NCBI GenBank assembly: GCA_963703345.1
Contig: OY969814.1
Span: 1,664,001-1,728,000, forward strand
Length of the DNA: 64,000 bases
Source of the DNA: an uncultured Chloroflexia bacterium
GTDB lineage: Bacteria; Chloroflexota; Dehalococcoidia; DSTF01; JALHUB01
Direction: 5' to 3'
Shown piece after piece: positions 9,388 to 17,484 of this stretch (positions within the stretch are counted from its first letter, which is position 1; every line of letters starts with the position of its first letter). Made by a program: the position numbers and the translations under genes. Below the pieces are notes generated by a model, which saw only the letters and a program-made list of their open reading frames with translations, did not search any database and was not told where the DNA came from.

Positions 9388-10368
9388 TCAACGGCCGGTG
9401 TGCGTCTCTAGTGCGATCTGGCTCAGGTGCTGAAGCACATGATCTACCCACCTTTGGTACCAACACCACTGGCCACAGACCGGCACGCCAAACCCCTTGG
9501 CCGGGTTCTTTGCATCGGTGTTCTTCCACAACTGAGTGTGCTGGTAGATACCGAAACTCGCAAATCCCTCTTCACGGGCGATTCTGATGACATCCTTCGC
9601 GCGGAACTTCGGTTTCTCGGTGTCTTTCAGCACCCAGCGCTCCTTCGGAACGTCCCCTGCTTCTTCAGAATCGGGGGAGATGAACTCGAATACGCTGTCG
9701 GCCTGACCTCGCTTGCCAACCGCTTTGTCAGTGAAGAAGAAGCGGCGAGAATAGCGTTTGCTGTTCATTTCATCGTCACTCAGGCCATCATCAAATCGAG
9801 AGACGTATGATCGAATAGAGTTTGGAATGGTGTCGTCGCCGGATACCATACTTGCGACTTGCTGCCGGCTCAACTCAGCGAACTGAATGCTATAGGTTAG
9901 ATGTCGGTCGAGCCCATAGCGGGGACCGAACAGCTTCTTTAGATAGTGATCGTAGTTGAGAGCGCACGCCTGATATCTCCCTGAGAGGTGGGTGTCTAGC
10001 TGGGGAGGCTTGACGTGCTCGATTTCGTGTCTCAATCCTAGCAGGAATTGGAGGTTGTTCCTCGTGTCTCGGTCCAGAGGACACTGTTCAACCTTGAGAC
10101 ACTTGGCCAGATCCCAGTACCGATGCCGGCCGTCAACTCGCTCGAACATGCGCCTTTTCGCGCCCGGTTTGTAGTAGCGGTACTCCACTTTTGCCCCTCT
10201 GTAGTGCGCGTGCAGCAAATATGTCCAAGCCATGACCATCAATACAATAAAGGTCTCACTCTTGAAGGTGATGAGGGGGTTGTTGTAAGTCTGAATGGCG
10301 GCAAGAGCCGCTTCTCTTGAGCTTCGGATCAGCGCGACCTTGTGAGAGAACAACTTCCTTGCTGCCAT
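9388..10368 (-). CDS. DUF3644-like HEPN-domain protein
   Basis: SREAALAAIQTYNNP...AWTYLLHAHY N-terminus; Rx4H motif RHEIEH; A/T-richer than flanks; start at ATG 10368 with GGAGGT SD. Confidence 0.75.
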   Translation of the reverse strand: MAARKLFSHKVALIRSSREAALAAIQTYNNPLITFKSETFIVLMVMAWTYLLHAHYRGAKVEYRYYKPGAKRRMFERVDGRHRYWDLAKCLKVEQCPLDRDTRNNLQFLLGLRHEIEHVKPPQLDTHLSGRYQACALNYDHYLKKLFGPRYGLDRHLTYSIQFAELSRQQVASMVSGDDTIPNSIRSYVSRFDDGLSDDEMNSKRYSRRFFFTDKAVGKRGQADSVFEFISPDSEEAGDVPKERWVLKDTEKPKFRAKDVIRIAREEGFASFGIYQHTQLWKNTDAKNPAKGFGVPVCGQWCWYQRWVDHVLQHLSQIALETHTGR

Positions 10369-10479
10369 GCCTACCTCCCGACCGGATTTGCCTCCACCAG
10401 CTAGAGCACTGGCGGGGTATTCCGGCAAAGAGATAATACAGGCCTAATTCGTGAGCGGCAATTGCCCTCGCTGAGCGTG

Positions 10480-11076
10480 CTAGGACGTGAAGGAGGATAG
10501 GGCGAGACGGATCTTGTCTTCCAGCGAGAGCGAGCCGTCGGACGGTAAGCGACCCGCGGCGGCGGCGGCTTCGGCCTGGGTGTAGCCCAGCGATACTAGC
10601 GCCGCGATCACTTCGTCGTCGGCACTGAGGAGGGAGGCGGCGGGAACGCCCATGGACAGGTGCTCGGGCAACCGCCCCTTGAGGTCGATGATGATGCGGC
10701 TGGCGGTCTTGGCGCCGATGCCCGGCACACCACGGATGCGCTCGACATCGCCGTTGGCGATGGCCTCCCAGATGGAGTCGCCGGGAAGGCCGGTCAGCAG
10801 GGCAAGGCCGGCCTTGGGCCCGACGCCGGAGACGCCGATGAGCAGGTGGAAGAGTCGCATCTCGTCGGCGGTGGCGAATCCGTAGAGGGCGATGTCGCTC
10901 TCGCGCGCCTGAAGATGGGTGTAGAGCGACACTTCGCGGCCCGGGACGCCCAGGGCGTCGCGGGTGTGGCCCGGCACCTGGACGAGCACCCCAAGACCGG
11001 TGCCGTCGACTCGGATGGTTATGCCCTCGGGACCGGCGTCTTCGACGACGCCCCAGATGCGAGTGACGGCGCTCAT
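10480..11076 (-). CDS. ruvA: Holliday junction branch migration protein RuvA
   Basis: LYGF, VSGVGPKAGL and VPGIGAKTASRI HhH motifs, C-terminal ALVSLGY. Confidence 0.97.
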   Translation of the reverse strand: MSAVTRIWGVVEDAGPEGITIRVDGTGLGVLVQVPGHTRDALGVPGREVSLYTHLQARESDIALYGFATADEMRLFHLLIGVSGVGPKAGLALLTGLPGDSIWEAIANGDVERIRGVPGIGAKTASRIIIDLKGRLPEHLSMGVPAASLLSADDEVIAALVSLGYTQAEAAAAAGRLPSDGSLSLEDKIRLALSSFTS

Positions 11077-11106
11077 GGCGCGACGCTCCTCTCGATCAGC
11101 GCCTGC

Positions 11107-11172
11107 GAGCGCGTGTCTGAGGCGCCGCTACAAGCAGCCCGGAGCGCGTTAGCGAAAGCGTATCTTGAGCGC
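11107..11172. repeat. Dispersed 58-bp repeat family, copy 1 (ruvC-ruvA gap)
   Basis: GAGCGCGTGTCTGAGGCGCCGCTACAAGCAGCCCGGAGCGCGT matches copies at 28404 and 42336. Confidence 0.85.
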
Positions 11173-11200
11173 AAATCGCGCAGCTTGAGTTCGGCAACGC

Positions 11201-11737
11201 TCATGGCATTGCGCTCCTTTCCAGGAGGGACCGCGAGCGCGTGTGGTTGACGTGGCAGATGGCGACCGCGAGGGCGTCGGCGGCGTCGAACGGCTGCGGC
11301 AGGTCGCGGAGGCCGAGCTGCAGACGCACCATCTCCTGCACCTGCCCCTTCGGGCCGCGTCCGTAGCCGGTCACTGAGCGCTTCACTTCGGCGGGCGAGT
11401 ACTGCTCGACGGGTAGCCCGGCGAGCCCCGCGGCAAGGACGGCCAGCGCCCGCGCTTCGCCTATCGCCAGCGCGGAGTGGGCGTTTACGGCAACGAACGG
11501 CTGCTCGACGGCGACCTCCGTCGGCGCGTGACGGGCGATGACATCTTGCAGCGAGGCGAAGAGAGCGGCGAGTCGCTCCGGCAGAGGGAGCCGCGGATTG
11601 ACCGCGAAACAGCCGTAGTCGACGGCCTGCAGCGACTCGCCGCAGCAGGCGACGAGTCCGAAGCCCATCATCCTCAGTCCCGGGTCGATGCCGAGAACGA
11701 GGCTGCTTTCGGACCGGTCGGCGTCGCTGTGAGACAT
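11201..11737 (-). CDS. ruvC: Crossover junction endodeoxyribonuclease RuvC
   Basis: LGIDPG, VAVE, VKRSVTGYG, DAADALAVAICH. Confidence 0.98.
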   Translation of the reverse strand: MSHSDADRSESSLVLGIDPGLRMMGFGLVACCGESLQAVDYGCFAVNPRLPLPERLAALFASLQDVIARHAPTEVAVEQPFVAVNAHSALAIGEARALAVLAAGLAGLPVEQYSPAEVKRSVTGYGRGPKGQVQEMVRLQLGLRDLPQPFDAADALAVAICHVNHTRSRSLLERSAMP

Positions 11738-12487
11738 CTAGCCGGTGTACGCTTCGAGGACTTCGTCGGGGAACTCGGCGTTGGAGTGCACGCGCTGGAC
11801 GTCGTCGAGCTCTTCCAGCCTGTCGAGGAGCTTGAGCGCCTGCAGCGCCTCCTTGTCGCCGAGGCTGACTGTCGTCTTCGGGACCTTGCTCAGCTCCGCG
11901 GACTCGATGGCGACGCCCTGCTCTTCAAGAGCCTGCCGGACCTTCTCCAGGTCTTCGGCGCGCGTGTAGACTTCGAGGCGCGCGTCCTGGACGTTGACGT
12001 CTTCGGCGCCGGCGTCGATGGCGGTCAGGGCGAGGTCTTCGCCGCCGCCGTCTTCCGCATTGATGGCGATGATGCCTTTGCTCTCGAACAGCCAGGCAAC
12101 GGAACCGGCCTCGCTGAGGTTGCCGCCGGCGCGGCCCATGGTGGCGCGGATTTCGGAGACGGAGCGGTTGCGGTTGTCGGTGACGACGTCGATCAGGACG
12201 GCGACGCCGCCCGGACCGTAGCCCTCGTACGTCGCCTCGATGAGCTCGGCCGCGTCAGGACCGCTGGCGCCACGCTTCATGGCGCGCTCGATGGTGTCGT
12301 TGGGCATGTTGCTCTCGCGCGCCTTCTGGACAGCAAGCCGGAGGCGGAAGTTCGAGTTAGTGTCGGGGCCGCCCTGTCGGGAAGCGACGGTTATCTCGCG
12401 GCCGAGCTTGGTGAAGAGCTGGCCGCGGCGGGCGTCGGCGGCGCCCTTCTGGCGTTTGACCTGGCTCCAGTGGGAATGGCCTCCCAT
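11738..12487 (-). CDS. yebC: YebC/PmpR family protein
   Basis: MGGHSHW, NMPNDTIERA, YEGYGPGGVA, TDNRNR, DDVQRVHSN. Confidence 0.97.
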   Translation of the reverse strand: MGGHSHWSQVKRQKGAADARRGQLFTKLGREITVASRQGGPDTNSNFRLRLAVQKARESNMPNDTIERAMKRGASGPDAAELIEATYEGYGPGGVAVLIDVVTDNRNRSVSEIRATMGRAGGNLSEAGSVAWLFESKGIIAINAEDGGGEDLALTAIDAGAEDVNVQDARLEVYTRAEDLEKVRQALEEQGVAIESAELSKVPKTTVSLGDKEALQALKLLDRLEELDDVQRVHSNAEFPDEVLEAYTG

Positions 12488-12519
12488 TGGGTTCTCCTAT
12501 CGTCGGGATTGGCGTCCAC

Positions 12520-12548
12520 ATTCTAGCATCGAGACGGGCGCGGGGCAA
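12520..12548 (-). promoter_or_regulatory. Probable promoter of yebC-ruvC-ruvA
   Basis: Minus strand TTGCCC, 17-nt spacer, extended -10 TGcTAGAAT. Confidence 0.5.
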
Positions 12549-12601
12549 AACGGTCAGGGGCAGCAAGACCTTGGCGGGAGCGGGTCACGACGCCCGGGAA
12601 A

Positions 12602-12659
12602 GGAATACCCCGGCCTGCGCGTCCGCCGGAAAGGGCGGGCCAAAGGGCCGGGGCATTCT
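12602..12659. terminator. Long hairpin downstream of panC (terminator or stabiliser)
   Basis: GAATACCCCGGCC...GGCCGGGGCATTC outer stem with inner TCCGCC/GGCGGG stem; no clear U-tract. Confidence 0.4.
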
Positions 12660-12679
12660 ATGCGAAGTCTTCGACGGGG

Positions 12680-13594
12680 CTATTTGCCGGTGGGGCTGTC
12701 GAAGACGATGGGCTGGCGCTTTTCGCCCACTGTTACATTGTCGATGAGGCGCGTAATGCCGATGCGCACGGCCAGCGAAACAAGGGCCGGACCTTCTGTA
12801 ATGTCCAGCTCCTGCAGGGTTTGGGGATCGGCTATGCTGATGTAGTCGGCATGCGCCAGCGGCTCCCGTGCGATCAGGCCTTCCAGGCGGTCGCGCAGCT
12901 TGCCTGCATCGTGCTCCCCCTGACGGTGCAGGCGCTCGACGAGGCTCATGCAGCGGAAGAGGACGAGGGCGGCGCGTCGCTCGTCCGGCGACAAGAAGAC
13001 GTTGCGACTGCTCATCGCCAGGCCGCCGGTCTCGCGAATCGTCGGGCAGCCGACGATCTCCACGCCCAGGTTCAGATCCTGCGTCATCTTGCGGATGACG
13101 ACGAGCTGCTGGGCGTCCTTCTGGCCGAAGTAGGCGCGGTGTGGCTGGACGGCGTTGAACAGCTTCAGGACGACGGTGGCGACGCCGCGGAAATGGCCCG
13201 GGCGGCAGCTTCCCTCGAGGACCTCGGTGACGTGGCCGACCTCGACGTAGCTGTCGAACCCCTCGGGGTACATGTCGACGGCAGACGGCATGAAGACGAT
13301 GTCGACGTTCTCCTGTTGCAGGAGCGACAGGTCGCGCTGCGTGTCGCGGGGGTACTTGTCGAAGTCCTCGTTGGGGCCGAACTGGATGGGGTTGACGAAG
13401 ATGCTGACGACGACGAGCTCGTTGTCGGCGCGGGCGCGTCGCACGAGGGAGAGATGGCCTTCGTGGAGGTAACCCATAGTCGGCACGAAGCCCACCTTCC
13501 GACCGTTGGTCTGGCTGCGCAGTCGACGCATCCCGTTGACGGACGAGACCACCTGCATTGTCCTGAGGCCGCGAATCGTTTCTGAGAGTGCCAT
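12680..13594 (-). CDS. panC: Pantoate-beta-alanine ligase
   Basis: FVPTMGYLHEGHLSL, SIFVNPIQF, RPGHFRGV, FGQKDAQQ, AMSSRN, RLIDN; alternative start 13558. Confidence 0.97.
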   Translation of the reverse strand: MALSETIRGLRTMQVVSSVNGMRRLRSQTNGRKVGFVPTMGYLHEGHLSLVRRARADNELVVVSIFVNPIQFGPNEDFDKYPRDTQRDLSLLQQENVDIVFMPSAVDMYPEGFDSYVEVGHVTEVLEGSCRPGHFRGVATVVLKLFNAVQPHRAYFGQKDAQQLVVIRKMTQDLNLGVEIVGCPTIRETGGLAMSSRNVFLSPDERRAALVLFRCMSLVERLHRQGEHDAGKLRDRLEGLIAREPLAHADYISIADPQTLQELDITEGPALVSLAVRIGITRLIDNVTVGEKRQPIVFDSPTGK

Positions 13595-13595
13595 G

Positions 13596-14438
13596 TCACA
13601 CCGCCATCTGTGAGAGCTCCGCCAGGGCCGCTTCGTCCATGGAGAAGCTCTCCCTAGCAGTCGGGAAGTCTCCCGACTGCACGTCCCGTTGATAGCGCTC
13701 GACGGCGCTTTGTATCTCTTCGGCAAGACGGGCGTACTGCTTGGAATGGCGGGGTGTGAAATCGGGATCCAGGCCGAGGAGGTCGCTGAGGACCTGCACC
13801 TGGCCGTCGCAATGGGGCCCGGCGCCAATGCCGATTGTGGGTATGGAAAGCCTCTCGGTTATGAGCTTGCCGAGGGCGGCCGGTACGCACTCCAGGACGA
13901 CGGCGAAAGCCCCCGCTTCCTGGAGAGCGGCCGCATCGCTGAGGAGGCGAACGGCGGCAGCGGGCGTCTTGCCCTGAACTTTATGGCCGCCGAGCTGGTG
14001 GATCGATTGCGGCGTGAGGCCGAGATGACCCATGACGGGAATGCCGAAGGAGACGAGGGCGCGAACGATGTCGACGACGGGCGCGCCGCCTTCGAGCTTG
14101 ACGGCGCCGGCGCCGGCCTCCTGCAAGAAGCGACCGGCATTCCGGATGGCGTCCTGGATGCCGGTCTGGTAGCTCATGAAGGGCATGTCGCCGATGATGA
14201 GGGCGTTCTGGGCGCCGCGCACGACGGCCCTGGTGTGATGCAGCATGTCGTCCATGGTCACCGGAACGGTGGATTCGTAGCCGAGGACGGTCATTCCGAG
14301 GGAGTCGCCGACAAGGATGACGGGGATTTCAGCGCGGTCGAGGAGCTTGGCGGTGGGGAAGTCGTAGGCGGTGAGCATGGCGAACTTCTCGCCGCGGAGC
14401 TTCATCGCCTTCAGTTCGTGTACCAATACTCGAGCCAT
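13596..14438 (-). CDS. panB: 3-methyl-2-oxobutanoate hydroxymethyltransferase
   Basis: MLTAYD, LVGDSLG, DMPFMSY, VKLEGG, GHLGLTPQ, PTIGIGAG. Confidence 0.98.
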   Translation of the reverse strand: MARVLVHELKAMKLRGEKFAMLTAYDFPTAKLLDRAEIPVILVGDSLGMTVLGYESTVPVTMDDMLHHTRAVVRGAQNALIIGDMPFMSYQTGIQDAIRNAGRFLQEAGAGAVKLEGGAPVVDIVRALVSFGIPVMGHLGLTPQSIHQLGGHKVQGKTPAAAVRLLSDAAALQEAGAFAVVLECVPAALGKLITERLSIPTIGIGAGPHCDGQVQVLSDLLGLDPDFTPRHSKQYARLAEEIQSAVERYQRDVQSGDFPTARESFSMDEAALAELSQMAV

Positions 14439-14469
14439 TGTCACACCTCGGCTTTCCGCCTGCCGGCCC

Positions 14470-14871
14470 CTAGTTGAACATGCTCCAGTGGTCGATGACG
14501 CCGATCTGTTCGACCGGCGGGTCGATGCGCTTGATGCGGTTCTGCTCATCGACGTGGACGACGATGGGCCGGATGCGCCGCGCTTCCTCTTCCGAGTAGT
14601 CGGAGTAGGTCAGCACGAGAACCAGGTCGCCGGGATGGACGAGGCGGGCAGCCGCGCCGTTGATGCAGCATCCGCCGCTGCCGCGTTCGCCGGCGAGGGC
14701 GTAGGTCAGGAGACGATTGCCGTTGTCGACGTCGAGGACGTGGACCTGCTCGTATTCCAGGATATCGGCGGCTTCCAAGAGCTCAGGGTCGAGGGTGATG
14801 CTGCCCACATAGTTGAGGTCAGCTTCTGTGACCGTGACGCGATGGATCTTGCTCTTCAGCATTTTCCTCAA
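14470..14871 (-). CDS. panD: Aspartate 1-decarboxylase
   Basis: MLKSKIHR, self-cleavage site YVGSIT, INGAAA; AGGAGGT SD. Confidence 0.98.
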   Translation of the reverse strand: MRKMLKSKIHRVTVTEADLNYVGSITLDPELLEAADILEYEQVHVLDVDNGNRLLTYALAGERGSGGCCINGAAARLVHPGDLVLVLTYSDYSEEEARRIRPIVVHVDEQNRIKRIDPPVEQIGVIDHWSMFN

Positions 14872-14914
14872 CGTACCTTACCTCCTGCTCTGACCGACGC
14901 GCCGCGCGCCCGAC

Positions 14915-14945
14915 AAAAAACCCTTCCGGTCGGAGACCGAAAGGG
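14915..14945 (-). terminator. Intrinsic terminator/attenuator in pan leader
   Basis: Minus strand CCCTTTCGGTC-TCC-GACCGGAAGGG followed by TTTTTT, upstream of panD. Confidence 0.85.
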
Positions 14946-14970
14946 CAGAATCCGCTGTCGAAGCTTCTGC

Positions 14971-15030
14971 ACCGTCTCGGTCGCCGAGCGATCCAAGCGG
15001 CATCTTCTCAAGCCACTGAGGCGAAGACGG
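14971..15030 (-). ncRNA. pan RNA motif (cis-regulatory leader of pantothenate genes)
   Basis: Minus strand GCCGCTTGGATC-gctcggc-GACCGAGACGGT hairpin with bulged A on each side, preceded by a GTCTTC/GAAGAT hairpin, upstream of panD-panB-panC. Confidence 0.8.
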
Positions 15031-15089
15031 CTCCGGGGAGCCCTCAACGCGAAGGTTGTCGCCCAAGGGCGGGGGTCGACACCGCCGCC

Positions 15090-15117
15090 AGTATAGCAAA
15101 GAATAACAATTTGTCAA
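15090..15117 (-). promoter_or_regulatory. Sigma70 promoter of pan operon
   Basis: Minus strand TTGACA, 16-nt spacer, TGcTATACT. Confidence 0.8.
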
Positions 15118-15303
15118 GGGCTAGTGATTAAATTCACGGAATTTTCCCCTAAATTGCTCCTTCTCCGCCCCTAGGAGTTTCCTAGCTTTGGTTAGGTCGT
15201 CGATGTCGCGGCCGCGGGCTTCGTCAAGGGAAGACGGCCCGAAGGATGAATCCCTCAACTTCCTCTCCACCAAAGCCACCCTAAATGAAGCGCCACAAGT
15301 GGG

Positions 15304-15340
15304 GTAGGGCTGAAGCCCTGCCTGCCGGCAAGCGGGCTTC
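15304..15340 (+). repeat. GTAG-type REP-like palindrome
   Basis: GTAGGGCT followed by GAAGCCC...GGGCTTC inverted repeat enclosing TGCCGGCA. Confidence 0.45.
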
Positions 15341-15496
15341 CTCATCGTCGTTGGGCGGCGATGTCGCGGAGCCTTCTTCGGCGGGGGCGAATGCTGGCGT
15401 CTGTGCAAGTGCGTGACGGTACGTTACAATGACGCTAGAGACGCGGGGCGCCGCGTTCCGGTAGAGGCGCTGATTGAAGAGGGGAGGCAGGAAGCC

Positions 15497-17338
15497 TTGT
15501 GTGGCATCATCGGCTACGTTGGTCCGCGGGAGGCGGGACCGCTTTTGCTGGAAGGACTGCGCCGGCTGGAGTACCGCGGCTACGATAGCGCCGGCATCGC
15601 GGTCATCGACGGTGGCGGCTCTCCCTGCATCGTCAAGTCCACCGGCAAACTGCAGAGCCTAGCCGCCTGCCTGGAAGACGGCTTCCCCAAAGGGTCAATC
15701 GGCATCGGCCACACGCGCTGGGCGACGCACGGCCGCCCCAGCGACACGAACGCTCATCCTCACTGCGACTGCGACGGCGACGTCGTGGTCATCCACAACG
15801 GCATCGTCGAGAACTACAACGCGTTGAGGCAGCAACTTCGAGCGCAAGGGCACGTCTTCAAGTCGGACACGGACACGGAGGTCATTCCCCACCTGATCGA
15901 GGCCGAGCTGGCGCAAGGGCGTCCGCTGGTGGAAGCTGTGAGGCGGACGATAGCGCAGTTGGATGGGGCGCATGCCATACTGGCCATCGCCGCCTGCCAG
16001 CCGGGCACGGTGGTTGCGGCACGCGTCGGTAACGCCGGCGGCGTGGTGATCGGCTACGGCGACGGCGAGATGTTCCTTTCCAGCGACCTGCCGGCGCTTT
16101 TGCCGCACACGCGCCAGGTCGTCTTCCTGAGCGACGGCGACGTCGTCGCGGTCGAGCGAAGCGGCGCAACATATTGGCACGGCAACGGCGAAGGCGAGCA
16201 GCGCATACCGCAGTCGATGCCCTTCGACCCGATGGCGGCCGCGAAGGGCGGCTACAAGCATTTCATGCTCAAGGAGATCATGGAGCAGCCGGAGGCGGTG
16301 CTCGACACGATACGCGGTCGCATCCAGTTCGAGCCGCTGGGGCTGCAGCTAGAAGACATGCCGCCGGCAGAGGCGCTCTCCCGAGTCGAACGCGTGGTGC
16401 TGGTGGCGATGGGCACGAGCCTGCACGCGGCGATGGTCGGGAGACACTACATCGAGCAGATCGCGGGGCTGCCAGCGGAGGTGGACAACGCGTCGGAGTA
16501 CCGTTACCGGCGGCCGATCATCGGCCCGGGGACGCTGCTGATCTCCGTGGCCCAGTCCGGCGAGACCGTCGATACACTGGAGGCGATGGCGGAGGCGAAA
16601 GCGAAGGGCGCGCTGGAAATCACGGTGTGCAACACGCCCGGAAGCCAGGCGACGCGCGTCGCCGACGGCGTCGTGTACACACGCTGCGGCCTGGAGATAG
16701 GCGTCGCCAGTACGAAGACGCTATTAGGATCGATAGTCGCGTTGTATATGCTCGCCTGCCATCTGGGGCAGCAGCGCGGCCACCTGAACGAGGCGCAGCT
16801 CGGCGAGCTCCTGACGCCGCTGGCGCATATGCCGCAGCTCATCGGCAAGGTCGTCGGGCAGTCGGAGCAGTTCGAAGCGCTGGCGCGCACCTTCTTCCGT
16901 CGCCAGGACTTCCTTTACCTCGGAAGAGGGATTCAGTACCCGATAGCCATGGAGGGCGCGCTGAAGCTCAAGGAGGTAAGCTACATCCACGCCGAGGGGT
17001 ATCCGGCCGGCGAGATGAAGCACGGCCCCATCGCCCTCATCGACCAGGAAATGCCGGTGGTGACGATCGTCGTGCGGGACGAGCTGCGCGACAAGATGAT
17101 CTCCAACCTCGAGCAGGTGAAGGCGCGCGATGGCATCGTCATTGCTCTGGCGAACGAGGGAGACAATGAGATAGCGAAGCTGGCCGATCACGTGGTCTAC
17201 CTGCCGGAGACAACACCTCTGCTCATGCCGCTGCTGACGGCGATACCGCTGCAACTGCTGGCTTACCACATCGCTGTGCACCGCGGCTGCGACGTGGATC
17301 AGCCGCGTCATCTGGCAAAGACGGTCACCGTCGAATAG
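15497..17338 (+). CDS. glmS: Glutamine-fructose-6-phosphate aminotransferase
   Basis: TTG start then CGIIG; LEYRGYDSAG, GHTRWATHG, SQSGET-like AQSGET, EGALKLKE, LAKTVTVE. Confidence 0.98.
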   Translation: MCGIIGYVGPREAGPLLLEGLRRLEYRGYDSAGIAVIDGGGSPCIVKSTGKLQSLAACLEDGFPKGSIGIGHTRWATHGRPSDTNAHPHCDCDGDVVVIHNGIVENYNALRQQLRAQGHVFKSDTDTEVIPHLIEAELAQGRPLVEAVRRTIAQLDGAHAILAIAACQPGTVVAARVGNAGGVVIGYGDGEMFLSSDLPALLPHTRQVVFLSDGDVVAVERSGATYWHGNGEGEQRIPQSMPFDPMAAAKGGYKHFMLKEIMEQPEAVLDTIRGRIQFEPLGLQLEDMPPAEALSRVERVVLVAMGTSLHAAMVGRHYIEQIAGLPAEVDNASEYRYRRPIIGPGTLLISVAQSGETVDTLEAMAEAKAKGALEITVCNTPGSQATRVADGVVYTRCGLEIGVASTKTLLGSIVALYMLACHLGQQRGHLNEAQLGELLTPLAHMPQLIGKVVGQSEQFEALARTFFRRQDFLYLGRGIQYPIAMEGALKLKEVSYIHAEGYPAGEMKHGPIALIDQEMPVVTIVVRDELRDKMISNLEQVKARDGIVIALANEGDNEIAKLADHVVYLPETTPLLMPLLTAIPLQLLAYHIAVHRGCDVDQPRHLAKTVTVE

Positions 17339-17484
17339 GGGTTTTCCCCGGGGGGGAGCCGCCTATTGCTCTTATTTCCTTTCGCCCGATAATATACTGT
17401 CTTCATTTGCCGAAGACCCCTGTATTCCGCCAACAGCGGCGGCGCACCGGAAGCGCCGGCCCCGCAGCAAGGGAGGCTGAACGA

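Noticed and set aside
7253-9433. Long antisense ORFs (726 aa opposite uvrB, 580 aa opposite dnaX and similar)
   Set aside because: Shadow frames of high-GC conserved genes with no recognisable motifs.
9347-10479. ruvB pseudogene after ruvA
   Set aside because: No ruvB remnants seen; the gene is probably elsewhere in the genome.
15461-15490. Lysine riboswitch-like GTAGAGGCGC
   Set aside because: Too close to the glmS start to hold the aptamer, and the gene context is wrong.
15280-15496. glmS ribozyme upstream of glmS
   Set aside because: AGCGCC is present but the GACGAGG core is missing, and a likely -10 (TACAAT 15425-15430) leaves only a short leader.
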